Part shown: positions 46,190 to 54,892 of the stretch, piece by piece
How the letters are laid out: each line of letters starts with the position of its first letter
Position numbering within the stretch: position 1 is the stretch's first letter
IMG/VR virus record: IMGVR_UViG_3300032245_001170
Coordinates: 1 to 64,000 of that record
Direction: 5' to 3' (one strand)
Length of the DNA stretch: 64,000 bases
DNA from: a virus
Position numbers and translations under genes: made by a program
Notes under the pieces: generated by a model
Seen by the model: the letters and a program-made list of their open reading frames with translations, nothing else
What the model was told of the DNA's origin: nothing
The model's database searches: none

Positions 46190-46412
46190 TGGGACTCAAC
46201 TTTGCAAGTCTGTTGATCCAGATTTGTTTTTTCCTGAGGACTACACAGACCGTTTGAGCGTGATGAGCGCCAAAGCTGTGTGCCAGGGCTGTCCGCTAAC
46301 CATTGCTTGTTTAGAGTATGCTATGTCAGATAGCAGTCTTGATGGTGTTTGGGGCGGAACTACCCCCCAAGAAAGAAAGAACCTAAGAAGACGGAAACGA
46401 GCCCTAGTATGA
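46158..46412 (+). CDS. whiB: WhiB family transcription factor (copy 1)
   Basis: C…DPDLFFP…AKAVCQGCP…CLEYA…GVWGG; ATG 46158. Confidence 0.92.
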   Translation: MDLYSESAPFDGTQLCKSVDPDLFFPEDYTDRLSVMSAKAVCQGCPLTIACLEYAMSDSSLDGVWGGTTPQERKNLRRRKRALV

Positions 46413-46597
46413 GTTTAGATCTACGAGATAAGGATGCTCCACTTCACGTTTGCGTGTGCGGTTCTACTTTATGGAACGTAAAAGCAATGTTTGAAGATGG
46501 CGAAATTTCTTTATATATGTTAGACATGGAATGTGCGTTATGTGACGCACTTGCAACAGCACCGACACCAATTGATGGGATGGATTACAGTGGCTAA
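46409..46597 (+). CDS. Small zinc-ribbon protein
   Basis: CVCG…CALC; ATGA overlap start at 46409. Confidence 0.65.
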   Translation: MSLDLRDKDAPLHVCVCGSTLWNVKAMFEDGEISLYMLDMECALCDALATAPTPIDGMDYSG

Positions 46598-46805
46598 ACT
46601 TAGAATGCCTACCGACGAACAGCTTATGGAACGTGGGTACATGACCGTTGATGAGTTTGTAGATAAGTTTGCTGAAAGCTTGCGTGGTTACATGCACTCT
46701 AACTGGCCAAGCACAGCTGAAGAGTTGCATCACCCAGAAGACCTGGCAGCTAATGCTGCTATTTACACTGAGGTTATGTACCGAGTTATTGGGGACTTTT
46801 CTTAG
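46590..46805 (+). CDS. Hypothetical protein
   Basis: GTG start at 46590; fills gap before primase. Confidence 0.55.
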   Translation: MAKLRMPTDEQLMERGYMTVDEFVDKFAESLRGYMHSNWPSTAEELHHPEDLAANAAIYTEVMYRVIGDFS

Positions 46806-47789
46806 ATGTACCGCGACGGGGATATTGAGAAGGTACTCCTTCGTCTAGGCGTAGATGGAACCCAACGTAATCGTGAGATTACCGGTTTATGCCCAATGCA
46901 TTTAGAACGTGTTGGTCGTCAAGATAATAATCCGTCTTGGTCAATCAATGCTGAAACTGGTGTCCACCACTGCTTCTCCTGTGGATACAAAGGTATTTTG
47001 CTTGGTCTTATAGCGGATGTACTTGAACTTAAAACTAAGTTTGATCGTCCTGACTATGAGGCTGCAAAGGCATGGCTACAGCAAGAGATCGAAGTTGACT
47101 TTGAAGAGCTCGCTAAACAGCTTGAAGAGATGCGTAACGCTTATGTTGGTCCATCACCGCGTCCAATTGAAATGAGCGAGGCTCGTTTGGCTGTATTTGA
47201 TGAGGTTCCGGATTGGGCTTTGCAAGCACGTCAGTTAACCCAGAGTGCTGCTTGGAATCACGGACTTAAGTGGGATACAAAACAAGAGGCTTGGATTATT
47301 CCAATTAGGAATGCTGAGAGTTCTAAACTTATGGGTTGGCAAGAAAAGGGCCAGACAAATCGGACATTTCGTAACAGACCCGCTGGAGTTCAGAAGTCAT
47401 TAACTCTTTTTGGAATTGACTCGTTACTCAACACATCTATGATGGTAGTTGAGTCTCCATTGGATGTTGTAAAGCTCAGCTCATCTAAGCTTCAGGTAGG
47501 CGGAGTAGCGACCTACGGAGCATCAGTAAGTCAGGCCCAGTTTGATTTGTTCAGACGAGCTGAGAAGTTGATTTTTGCTTTTGATAACCCTAGGATTGAT
47601 GCAGCGGGAGAAAAAGCATCTAAAGAAATGTTTGCTAAGTGTAAAGAAGCCGGCATGGAGTGTTGGTTTTTTAATTACGCTGGCACTGATATAAAAGATA
47701 TAGGAGACATGTCTCGTGAGCAGATCGAGTACGGCATTGAAAAAGCTAAACACTTCGTATTTGGTGAGCAAGCAATTTACGGAGACTGA
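46806..47789 (+). CDS. dnaG: DNA primase (CHC2 zinc finger + Toprim)
   Basis: CPMH…CFSCG; VVESPLD, FAFDN, KDIGDM. Confidence 0.88.
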   Translation: MYRDGDIEKVLLRLGVDGTQRNREITGLCPMHLERVGRQDNNPSWSINAETGVHHCFSCGYKGILLGLIADVLELKTKFDRPDYEAAKAWLQQEIEVDFEELAKQLEEMRNAYVGPSPRPIEMSEARLAVFDEVPDWALQARQLTQSAAWNHGLKWDTKQEAWIIPIRNAESSKLMGWQEKGQTNRTFRNRPAGVQKSLTLFGIDSLLNTSMMVVESPLDVVKLSSSKLQVGGVATYGASVSQAQFDLFRRAEKLIFAFDNPRIDAAGEKASKEMFAKCKEAGMECWFFNYAGTDIKDIGDMSREQIEYGIEKAKHFVFGEQAIYGD

Positions 47790-47913
47790 GGCTGCTTTAC
47801 GAGAAAAGATCATTAAAGAGATTGCTCACGTAAACGAGTACTACCGGAACGGTTCGCCCAAGTCCGCTACTGCTATACTTGTAGAGGTAATGGCAATCAT
47901 TCGGGGGAACTAA
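47764..47913 (+). CDS. Small hypothetical protein
   Basis: Fills gap; TAATG-coupled to helicase; start uncertain. Confidence 0.45.
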   Translation: MSKQFTETEAALREKIIKEIAHVNEYYRNGSPKSATAILVEVMAIIRGN

Positions 47914-49475
47914 TGACGTTTACGGGCACCCTGCTTCCCTATCAACCGGAGGCTGTAGATGCCATGTGCGATCGTGGCAAGATGTTAGTTGCTTACGACC
48001 TTGGTTTGGGTAAAACTGTTCTTACTATCGCTGCAGTAGAGCGTCTTATGGACGAACAAAAGATTACAGAGCCGGGTATAGTTATCTGCCTGTCCAGTTT
48101 AAAATATCAGTGGGCAGAACAGATTAGGAAATTTACAGATGGAACTTCAACACCTTTGGTCATTGATGGAACGCCAAAACAAAGAGAAGCCCAGTACCAA
48201 GAGGCGTTCGACTGGGGGCATACACTCGTTGATTACGTTATTCTCAACTACGAGCAAGTTGTTAACGACTGGGAGTATGTACGACAGCTCCCTACAGGAT
48301 TCATTATCTGTGACGAAGCAACCGCAATCAAAAGTTTTAGATCCAAACGCTCCAAGTACGTAAAGAAACTAAAGAGCGATTACAAGTTTGCTCTTACTGG
48401 TACACCGGTAGAAAACGGAAAACCAGAAGAGCTCTACTCAATCATGCAGTTTGTAGACAATAGTCTATTAGGTCGTTTTGATTTATTTGATCAAACCTTT
48501 ATTGTTAGAAACAGATTTGGCGGAGTAGACCGTTACCGTAATCTTCCTTTATTAAATACGACCTTGTCTGCTGCTTGCGTAAGAAAGCGTCAATCAGATC
48601 CAGATGTCGCTCCATATTTGCCTGAAACTATTTTTGCTGAGCCCATCTTAATTCAATTTGATTCAGCTGGTTCTAAACTCTATAAGAGCATAGCGAACGA
48701 AATACTTACAGATTTAGAAGAAGCTATGGAATCTTATGGAACTAACTTTGACATTTTTTCTCATTACGGTCAAGCAAACTCCTTTGATGGCGCTGACGCA
48801 TTACGTGGAAAGATCATGTCTAAACTAACGTCATTAAGAATGTTATGTGATCACCCTGAATTGCTTCAGGTATCTGCAAAATCATCAGGTTATGTAGCTG
48901 ACTTAAAAGAGACGGGTCGCCTAGATGCCGTTACAAAAGCACCTAAACTCTCTGCATTAAAAGAGTACGTAGACAACTTCTTAAGCCAGTATGAAGGAAA
49001 TAAGGTTGTTATATTTACTAGTTATGTCCATATGGTGGACATTATTAGGAACACTTTACTTGTAGACTGGGGTAGTACGCCCTACACCGGAGAAATGAAT
49101 GCAAAGGACAAAGAAGAGTCTAAGCTTCTGTTTCAGACTGATCCTAATGTTAGGATCCTTGTTAGCTCTGACGCTGGTGGCTACGGCGTGGACTTGCCTC
49201 AAGCTAACCTACTTATTAATTATGACTTGCCGTGGAATGCTGGCTTGGCTGTACAACGTAACGGAAGAATTCGTAGGGCGTCATCTACCTGGACGTCGAT
49301 AGTTATTCAAGATTTCCTTATGGAGGGGTCTATTGAAGAGCGTCAACACGCTATGTTGCAACAAAAAATAGCTGTAGCTGCTGCTGTATTAGACGGTGAG
49401 GGCATAGATGATAAGGGCGGAGTTGCTTTAACTGCAGGATCACTTAAGGCTTTTTTGCAGAATATAACGGTTTAA
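47913..49475 (+). CDS. SNF2-like SF2 helicase
   Basis: DLGLGKT, ICDEA, LTGTPVEN, GGYGVDL, YDLPWN, QRNGRIRR. Confidence 0.9.
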   Translation: MTFTGTLLPYQPEAVDAMCDRGKMLVAYDLGLGKTVLTIAAVERLMDEQKITEPGIVICLSSLKYQWAEQIRKFTDGTSTPLVIDGTPKQREAQYQEAFDWGHTLVDYVILNYEQVVNDWEYVRQLPTGFIICDEATAIKSFRSKRSKYVKKLKSDYKFALTGTPVENGKPEELYSIMQFVDNSLLGRFDLFDQTFIVRNRFGGVDRYRNLPLLNTTLSAACVRKRQSDPDVAPYLPETIFAEPILIQFDSAGSKLYKSIANEILTDLEEAMESYGTNFDIFSHYGQANSFDGADALRGKIMSKLTSLRMLCDHPELLQVSAKSSGYVADLKETGRLDAVTKAPKLSALKEYVDNFLSQYEGNKVVIFTSYVHMVDIIRNTLLVDWGSTPYTGEMNAKDKEESKLLFQTDPNVRILVSSDAGGYGVDLPQANLLINYDLPWNAGLAVQRNGRIRRASSTWTSIVIQDFLMEGSIEERQHAMLQQKIAVAAAVLDGEGIDDKGGVALTAGSLKAFLQNITV

Positions 49476-49484
49476 ACTTATTCA

Positions 49485-49628
49485 ATGCCTAACGCACCTA
49501 AGACACCAACACGGACTATTCGTGTAGCCAGCGACCTTTGGGCTGCTGTAAAAGACAAAGCCGCCATCGAGGGTCGCACAGTGACCGACGTAATCGTTGA
49601 GGCATTAAAGAAGTACGTCTCGGAATAA
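49485..49628 (+). CDS. Ribbon-helix-helix DNA-binding protein (47 aa); not in ORF track
   Basis: MPNAPKTPTRTIRVASDLWAAVKDKAAIEGRTVTDVIVEALKKYVSE. Confidence 0.75.
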   Translation: MPNAPKTPTRTIRVASDLWAAVKDKAAIEGRTVTDVIVEALKKYVSE

Positions 49629-49655
49629 ATTCCGTAGTACTATTGTTACACCCTA

Positions 49656-49711
49656 AGACCTGCTCACAATGAGGGGTCTATTACTAGTTATCGTCTAAGG
49701 AGATAATTATG
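49656..49711 (+). promoter_or_regulatory. Putative ROSE-like RNA thermometer in hsp20 leader
   Basis: Two hairpins; the 3' one (TAGTTATC-G-TC-TAAG-GA-GATAATTA) pairs the SD with a bulged G opposite. Confidence 0.55.
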
Positions 49712-50218
49712 GCTCTTATACCTATGCCTGGAAAAGGCTATCCAGATCACGATTGGCACAAAAAGCAAGTAGCTGTGCCGCCAAAATCAATAACAATCAA
49801 TTCCCTATTCCCAAACTTTGATCGTTGGGCTATTGGGTTTGGACCTATGTTAACTACCTTTAACGAGGTATCAGCTTCGGCTAAACAGGCTTCCTACCCT
49901 CCGTACAATATTCGGCAAATTAACAAAGATCTTTATTACATTGAGATGGCTTTGGCAGGCTTTAACAAAGAAGGCCTAAGCGTGACAGTCCAAGAAAACA
50001 TCTTAACTATTTCTGGCGAGGGAATCAATAGTTTCCTAGGAAATAGTGAGTTTGACTATGTACACCAAGGCTTGGCTAGACGGGACTTTGACCAAGAGTT
50101 CACCCTTGCTGAGCACGTAGAAGTTACCTCCGCTGAATTTAAGGATGGGCTTCTAACTATTACCCTAGAACGAATCCTCCCTAAAGAAAAGCAAGCTAAA
50201 GCTATTACCATCCAGTAA
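49709..50218 (+). CDS. hsp20: Small heat-shock protein (Hsp20/IbpA-like)
   Basis: SYPPYNI, IEMALAGF, HQGLARRDF…FTLAEHVEV..AEFKDGLLTITLER. Confidence 0.93.
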   Translation: MALIPMPGKGYPDHDWHKKQVAVPPKSITINSLFPNFDRWAIGFGPMLTTFNEVSASAKQASYPPYNIRQINKDLYYIEMALAGFNKEGLSVTVQENILTISGEGINSFLGNSEFDYVHQGLARRDFDQEFTLAEHVEVTSAEFKDGLLTITLERILPKEKQAKAITIQ

Positions 50219-50219
50219 C

Positions 50220-50249
50220 TTGCACTTTGTCGGTGGGGTGGTATAGGAT
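50220..50249 (+). promoter_or_regulatory. Putative housekeeping-sigma promoter
   Basis: TTGCAC-N18-TAGGAT upstream of SD AAGGAGG. Confidence 0.55.
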
Positions 50250-50267
50250 GTTTCTAAAGGAGGCAAC

Positions 50268-50702
50268 ATGCCAAATATCATCCCACCGGACAAAAAGCCG
50301 GTAAGTTCAGTACTAAGTAAGGTTCAACAATTTATTGCTATTAAGCGTCAATTAGACGACTTAACTAAAGAGCAGACACAGCTTAAAAATTATCTTTCTG
50401 ATCTAGTAGATAAAGAGGGTGAGCCTGACGATAAGGGTCATCTCTGGTATCCACTAGAAGAAGAAGTAGATGGCTATCGTTCATTACAGCGTCAACGTAA
50501 AGTCTCTCAAAGCCTTGATGCAGATGCTGCTACTCGTATCCTTGCTGAACGAGGATTAGCAGATCGCTGTTACTCTATGCAACCAGTATTAAATGAGGAC
50601 GAGGTTATGGCCTGTCTTTATGAAGGAAAGTTGTCAGAAGAGGATATCGATACGATGTTCCCTAAGAAAATTATTTGGGCCTTTATTCCTTCTAAATCTT
50701 AA
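50268..50702 (+). CDS. Hypothetical protein (N-terminal coiled coil)
   Basis: 144 aa, strong SD. Confidence 0.7.
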   Translation: MPNIIPPDKKPVSSVLSKVQQFIAIKRQLDDLTKEQTQLKNYLSDLVDKEGEPDDKGHLWYPLEEEVDGYRSLQRQRKVSQSLDADAATRILAERGLADRCYSMQPVLNEDEVMACLYEGKLSEEDIDTMFPKKIIWAFIPSKS

Positions 50703-50709
50703 GGTAGAT

Positions 50710-51177
50710 ATGAACGACGAAGTTGACAAACTGTTTGAAGGCCTGGATGATTACTACCCTGGCTCAAAACGTAAACGTCGTAAACCAGATCCAAATGTAA
50801 AACCACGCAAAGTTTCTGCACCAAATGCTTGGAATGCTGACCCTCAAGTCAAAGCATTACCAAACGGAAAGGTGATAGAATTGTTTAGTGCCGGAGCTAT
50901 GGCTCTTGCATTAGGCAGACCGTTAGTTACTTTGAGACTTTGGGAACGAAAAGGTTATATACCACGTGCACCCTATCGCCTGAAGTCAATGATTGTGAAT
51001 GGTGTAAAGAAGCCCGGATGGCGGATGTACAGCAAAGCAATTGTCGAAGCAACTATTGAGAGCTTTCAATCTAGAGGACTTCTTGAAGCACCTCGGGTTG
51101 ATTGGAATCGGCATCATGATCTATCAATTGAATTGATGGAGAAATGGACTAAGATTCATACTCAAGAAACAACTTAA
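50710..51177 (+). CDS. MerR-like HTH DNA-binding protein
   Basis: FSAGAMALALGRPLVTLRLWERKGYIP…RMYS; ATG 50710. Confidence 0.7.
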   Translation: MNDEVDKLFEGLDDYYPGSKRKRRKPDPNVKPRKVSAPNAWNADPQVKALPNGKVIELFSAGAMALALGRPLVTLRLWERKGYIPRAPYRLKSMIVNGVKKPGWRMYSKAIVEATIESFQSRGLLEAPRVDWNRHHDLSIELMEKWTKIHTQETT

Positions 51178-51223
51178 TATGACCATCAACCAATGATCCA
51201 CTGACTATGAAAGGAATATCCAA

Positions 51224-51925
51224 ATGGGTATCCGCATTGAAAGCCAAGCAACACCAAACGTCGATTCTTATGTAGTCGACACCCCTACTACCGAAGTTCT
51301 CGAAGAGATCTTCCAAGCTGAAGACGAATCAGAAGTTCCTGAGCGTTCTTCAGTAATTCAAACAGGTTGGGCAGCAGCTAAGAAAGCTGTAGCAAAGTCC
51401 AACAAAACATTCGCAACTGACTTCCGCTTTGACGAGGATGTCCAACTAATTAAATTCATTGGTAATGAACCAATGTCCTTTATGCAGCACTGGGTAAACC
51501 GTCCTGGAAAGAAGTCCTTTATTAGCATTGGTGAGGGTGACCCGCTAGTTGCTGTAGGAAGTAAGCCAGATCAAAAGTTTGCGTTTACTGTACTTAACCT
51601 ATCTGACGAAGATCCACAACTACAACTAATGATTGTTGGAGTTCGTCTCTGCGGACAACTTGAGAAGCTTGATTCTGATAAGAAGACAGGTCCACTTAAT
51701 CGTCCTGACATTTACTGGGCAGTCAGCAAGTCTGGCACCGGTACAAAAACATCATACTCAGTTACACCTGTAAAAGAGCGTGACCTTGCTGAGGATTGGG
51801 GTATTGACCCTGTTGCAGCCTCAGAGCTAATCAAAACAATGAAGCCACTAGGACCAGATGCGTTACATACATCTACCAAGGCTGAACTTGCTGAGATTGC
51901 TCGTGAAATTGCATCCGGTAACTAA
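51224..51925 (+). CDS. Single-stranded DNA-binding protein (gp32-like)
   Basis: IKF…FMQHWV…VSKSGTGTKTSYSVTP; upstream of polymerase; SD GAAAGGA. Confidence 0.65.
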   Translation: MGIRIESQATPNVDSYVVDTPTTEVLEEIFQAEDESEVPERSSVIQTGWAAAKKAVAKSNKTFATDFRFDEDVQLIKFIGNEPMSFMQHWVNRPGKKSFISIGEGDPLVAVGSKPDQKFAFTVLNLSDEDPQLQLMIVGVRLCGQLEKLDSDKKTGPLNRPDIYWAVSKSGTGTKTSYSVTPVKERDLAEDWGIDPVAASELIKTMKPLGPDALHTSTKAELAEIAREIASGN

Positions 51926-51937
51926 TCCCAAATAATC

Positions 51938-52001
51938 GTGCTGGGGGCTCAGTCTCTTGTCTCCTTTCTCTAATGAGCCCCCAGCGCACCTAATCAAGGA
52001 G
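51938..52001 (+). promoter_or_regulatory. Stem-loop with anti-SD loop; putative pseudoknot over polA RBS
   Basis: GTGCTGGGGGCTC / GAGCCCCCAGCGC stem; loop CTCCTT complementary to AAGGAG at 51996-52001. Confidence 0.5.
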
Positions 52002-52005
52002 CGCT

Positions 52006-53982
52006 ATGAATATTATTACTACAGAAAAACAACTTAAAGATCTTGTTGCTGCCTACGATAAAGTAGATGCGTTTTGTTTCGACGTAGAAACAGTTGGCAA
52101 CCATAGAGGAGACCCACGTCAAAATATTGTTACGTGGATTGCGTTAGCTACTCATGATCGGGTAGATGTTATTCCAATGGGACACCCAAATGGTGAGTAT
52201 TTGCGTACCGAATACCCTTTGCTTCCTTCTGCCGTAGTCAGAGTATCTAAAGGCATGGAGTTAAGAGATTCTGATTACAGTAAGGATGAGCGCAAAGCAA
52301 CTCGTATCTTTGGCCCAGCACCTGAGCAGTTAACTGCGGGAGAAGTGTTTAAGGCTTTAAAGCCCCTATTACATAGTGACAAGGTAAAGATTGGTCACAA
52401 CCTTAAGTTTGATTTACAAAGCGTTACTAAATACATTGGGCAATTGCCTACACCAAATTACTTCTGCACATTGAATGCTGCGTTTATCTTAGATAACCAG
52501 AACCGCAACGATCTTGGATTAGATGATTGTTTAAAGCGCGAGTTCGGTTATCACATGGTCAAAGGAGTAGGTAAAGAAGTAGAGAAGCACAGTTTTGACG
52601 AGGTTGCTACATACGCTGCGTTAGATGCTGAGTGGACTTGGAAGTTGTACCTCCTTTACTCTATTAATCTTGAGAAGGACGGTCTCCGTGGCATTTTTAA
52701 CTTAGAGATGGATGTTCTAGAAGTTATCTGCCGTATGGAATTACGCGGTGCGGATATAGATGTTGCAGAGCTAGAAAACTTGAAGGCCAACCTTGAAGTT
52801 CAGCTTGAGACTTGTAAGGCTACTATCTATCGTCTTGCAGGAAAAGCTTTTAACATCAACAGTGTTCCTGAAAAACAAAAGATGCTGTATTCACCTAAAA
52901 AAGATGGTGGCAGAGGGTTGCGTCCAAAGGTACTTACTCCTGCTGGACAGAAGCGGGCAGAGGAAGGTCAGCCCTCCTCGGTAGCTGACTACTCAGTAGC
53001 AGAGCCTGCGTTACAGGCCTTTGCAGGAAAGGATCCATTAGTTGATGCTCTTATTGAGTATTCAGATTTAAACAAATTATTAACTACTTATGTAATTCCG
53101 TATATGGGTGGGGATATAACTAGAACTTTGGCGGGTAAATCTAAAGTTACCGCTAAGAAGAGCATCATGTTCAAGGGCAGAATCCACACAGACTTTGTTC
53201 AGTATGGCGCAGAGACTGGTCGTTTTTCTAGTCGTAATCCAAATCTTCAAAATGTACCTGCTCCACACACATTTAACGGAAAAGCCATTCGTAATCTTTT
53301 TGTTGCTCCGGAGGGGCACTCTTTAGTAGTTGCCGACTACAGTCAGATCGAACCTAGAGTTATTGCTTCATTTAGCCAAGATCGAATTATGTGTGGGGCT
53401 TATCTAAATGGAGAGGATATCTATACCACTATCGGTAACACTATGGGTGTAGATAGAAAAGCGGGTAAGGTCTTAGTTTTATCCTTAGCTTACGGTGTGG
53501 GTCCAGATAAAATTTCTGATTCAATTGGTTGTTCTTTACCTGAAGCTAGAGAGCTATTGGATGAGTTCGTCCGCAAATTCCCATCTGTTGCTAGGTACAA
53601 GAAACAGGTTATCAGCGATAGCCGTAGGCAAGCTCCAATCCCCTTTGCTAGTACTTTGTTAAAACGTCGCCGGTATCTACCTGACCTGAGATCCCCAGAG
53701 GTTTGGAAGCGTTCTAGGGCTGAACGTCAGGCTTTTAACACGGTTATTCAAGGGTCGGCAGCCGACCTCATTAAACTTGCTATGATTAGGGCTAACAAAA
53801 TGATCCCAGAAAGGGCTTCTCTAATTTTAACTGTGCATGATGAGTTAGTTACTGTTACCCCTAATGAGATTGCAGAAGAAACGGCTGAACAGATTCGTAA
53901 AGCTATGGAAGAAATTAAAGCATTGAATGTTCCGATGCTCGCAGACATCACGATTGTAAAGCGATGGGGAGAGGCTAAATGA
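52006..53982 (+). CDS. polA: Family A DNA polymerase with 3'-5' exonuclease
   Basis: FDVET, GHNLKFD, YAALDA; TGRFSSRNPNLQN, ADYSQIEPR, K…YG, VHDEL. Confidence 0.95.
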   Translation: MNIITTEKQLKDLVAAYDKVDAFCFDVETVGNHRGDPRQNIVTWIALATHDRVDVIPMGHPNGEYLRTEYPLLPSAVVRVSKGMELRDSDYSKDERKATRIFGPAPEQLTAGEVFKALKPLLHSDKVKIGHNLKFDLQSVTKYIGQLPTPNYFCTLNAAFILDNQNRNDLGLDDCLKREFGYHMVKGVGKEVEKHSFDEVATYAALDAEWTWKLYLLYSINLEKDGLRGIFNLEMDVLEVICRMELRGADIDVAELENLKANLEVQLETCKATIYRLAGKAFNINSVPEKQKMLYSPKKDGGRGLRPKVLTPAGQKRAEEGQPSSVADYSVAEPALQAFAGKDPLVDALIEYSDLNKLLTTYVIPYMGGDITRTLAGKSKVTAKKSIMFKGRIHTDFVQYGAETGRFSSRNPNLQNVPAPHTFNGKAIRNLFVAPEGHSLVVADYSQIEPRVIASFSQDRIMCGAYLNGEDIYTTIGNTMGVDRKAGKVLVLSLAYGVGPDKISDSIGCSLPEARELLDEFVRKFPSVARYKKQVISDSRRQAPIPFASTLLKRRRYLPDLRSPEVWKRSRAERQAFNTVIQGSAADLIKLAMIRANKMIPERASLILTVHDELVTVTPNEIAEETAEQIRKAMEEIKALNVPMLADITIVKRWGEAK

Positions 53983-54398
53983 GGTTCTGGAGATCAAAGA
54001 AACGTAAGGTAAATGTTACTCAAGTGCCCTTAAGTGTTTTGATGCGTCAAATTGTTTATGATGCAATGCTAACACCTACAGAGGGCATAGCAGAAATGAT
54101 GGGGCTCCCACCTATTTCTGATGAGGTAGCGGATATGGAACAAGAAGCTCATGAAACTCGTTTAGGAAAGATTGCAGGCTTACTTCCCTTTATCGATGCT
54201 CACGCAGAAATACTGGCAAAGATTGCAACTGCTGCGTATACGCTAGACCATGACTTTGATGAAAGAATACCTGAGGAAGGTTTAGATCAATTAAGTGAGT
54301 TGTTTAAGATGGTTGCCTTGGCTTCTTCAGTCTCTTGTGTATCAACACTAAATAATATTGGGTTAATTCATTCGAAAGTGAGTATGGACGATGAGTAA
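53979..54398 (+). CDS. Hypothetical protein
   Basis: 139 aa; ATGA overlap, SD GAGG. Confidence 0.65.
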   Translation: MRFWRSKKRKVNVTQVPLSVLMRQIVYDAMLTPTEGIAEMMGLPPISDEVADMEQEAHETRLGKIAGLLPFIDAHAEILAKIATAAYTLDHDFDERIPEEGLDQLSELFKMVALASSVSCVSTLNNIGLIHSKVSMDDE

Positions 54399-54513
54399 GT
54401 TTATTTGTAAAATTTTTGGTCATAAGATGTATAACATCTCTTGGGGTGAGTCTGAGTTTACAGTGCTCTGCACTCGTTGCGAAAATCAATGGGGAACTAG
54501 AAATGTCAAATAA
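54391..54513 (+). CDS. 40-aa Cys/His protein (DUF1660-like); not in ORF track
   Basis: MSKFICKIFGHKMYNISWGESEFTVLCTRCENQWGTRNVK. Confidence 0.55.
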   Translation: MSKFICKIFGHKMYNISWGESEFTVLCTRCENQWGTRNVK

Positions 54514-54892
54514 TTGGTGGGCAAATAAGCTAGGCACCCCTGTACAGCCTTCTTCTACTCCAAATACAAACCTTCCATCAGGAACTGTTTATCGTCCCCC
54601 ACAACAAACTCCTAACGTACAGGTTTCTTATGATCCAAACCAAGATCAATTAGTTACCAGAGCGCAGAGCGCCAGGGATTCAGAACGTTGTCCTGGCTGT
54701 ATGTCTGGCAACTATATGGCCCCAGTTGGCACTCAACGTAAACGTTGTTATGATTGCGGCTATCCAATTGTTCAGGCAGGTACTGGAGCAGGCGGTACAG
54801 GTGCGTCTAGTAGCGGTCCAACGATTGCAGCTAAACAACCAAATCAAAGCGGTGGATTTAATCCAACAACAATCGTAGGGAGACTTGAATAA
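54503..54892 (+). CDS. Zinc-ribbon protein
   Basis: CPGC.SGNY…RCYDCGYP; ATG 54503. Confidence 0.7.
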   Translation: MSNNWWANKLGTPVQPSSTPNTNLPSGTVYRPPQQTPNVQVSYDPNQDQLVTRAQSARDSERCPGCMSGNYMAPVGTQRKRCYDCGYPIVQAGTGAGGTGASSSGPTIAAKQPNQSGGFNPTTIVGRLE

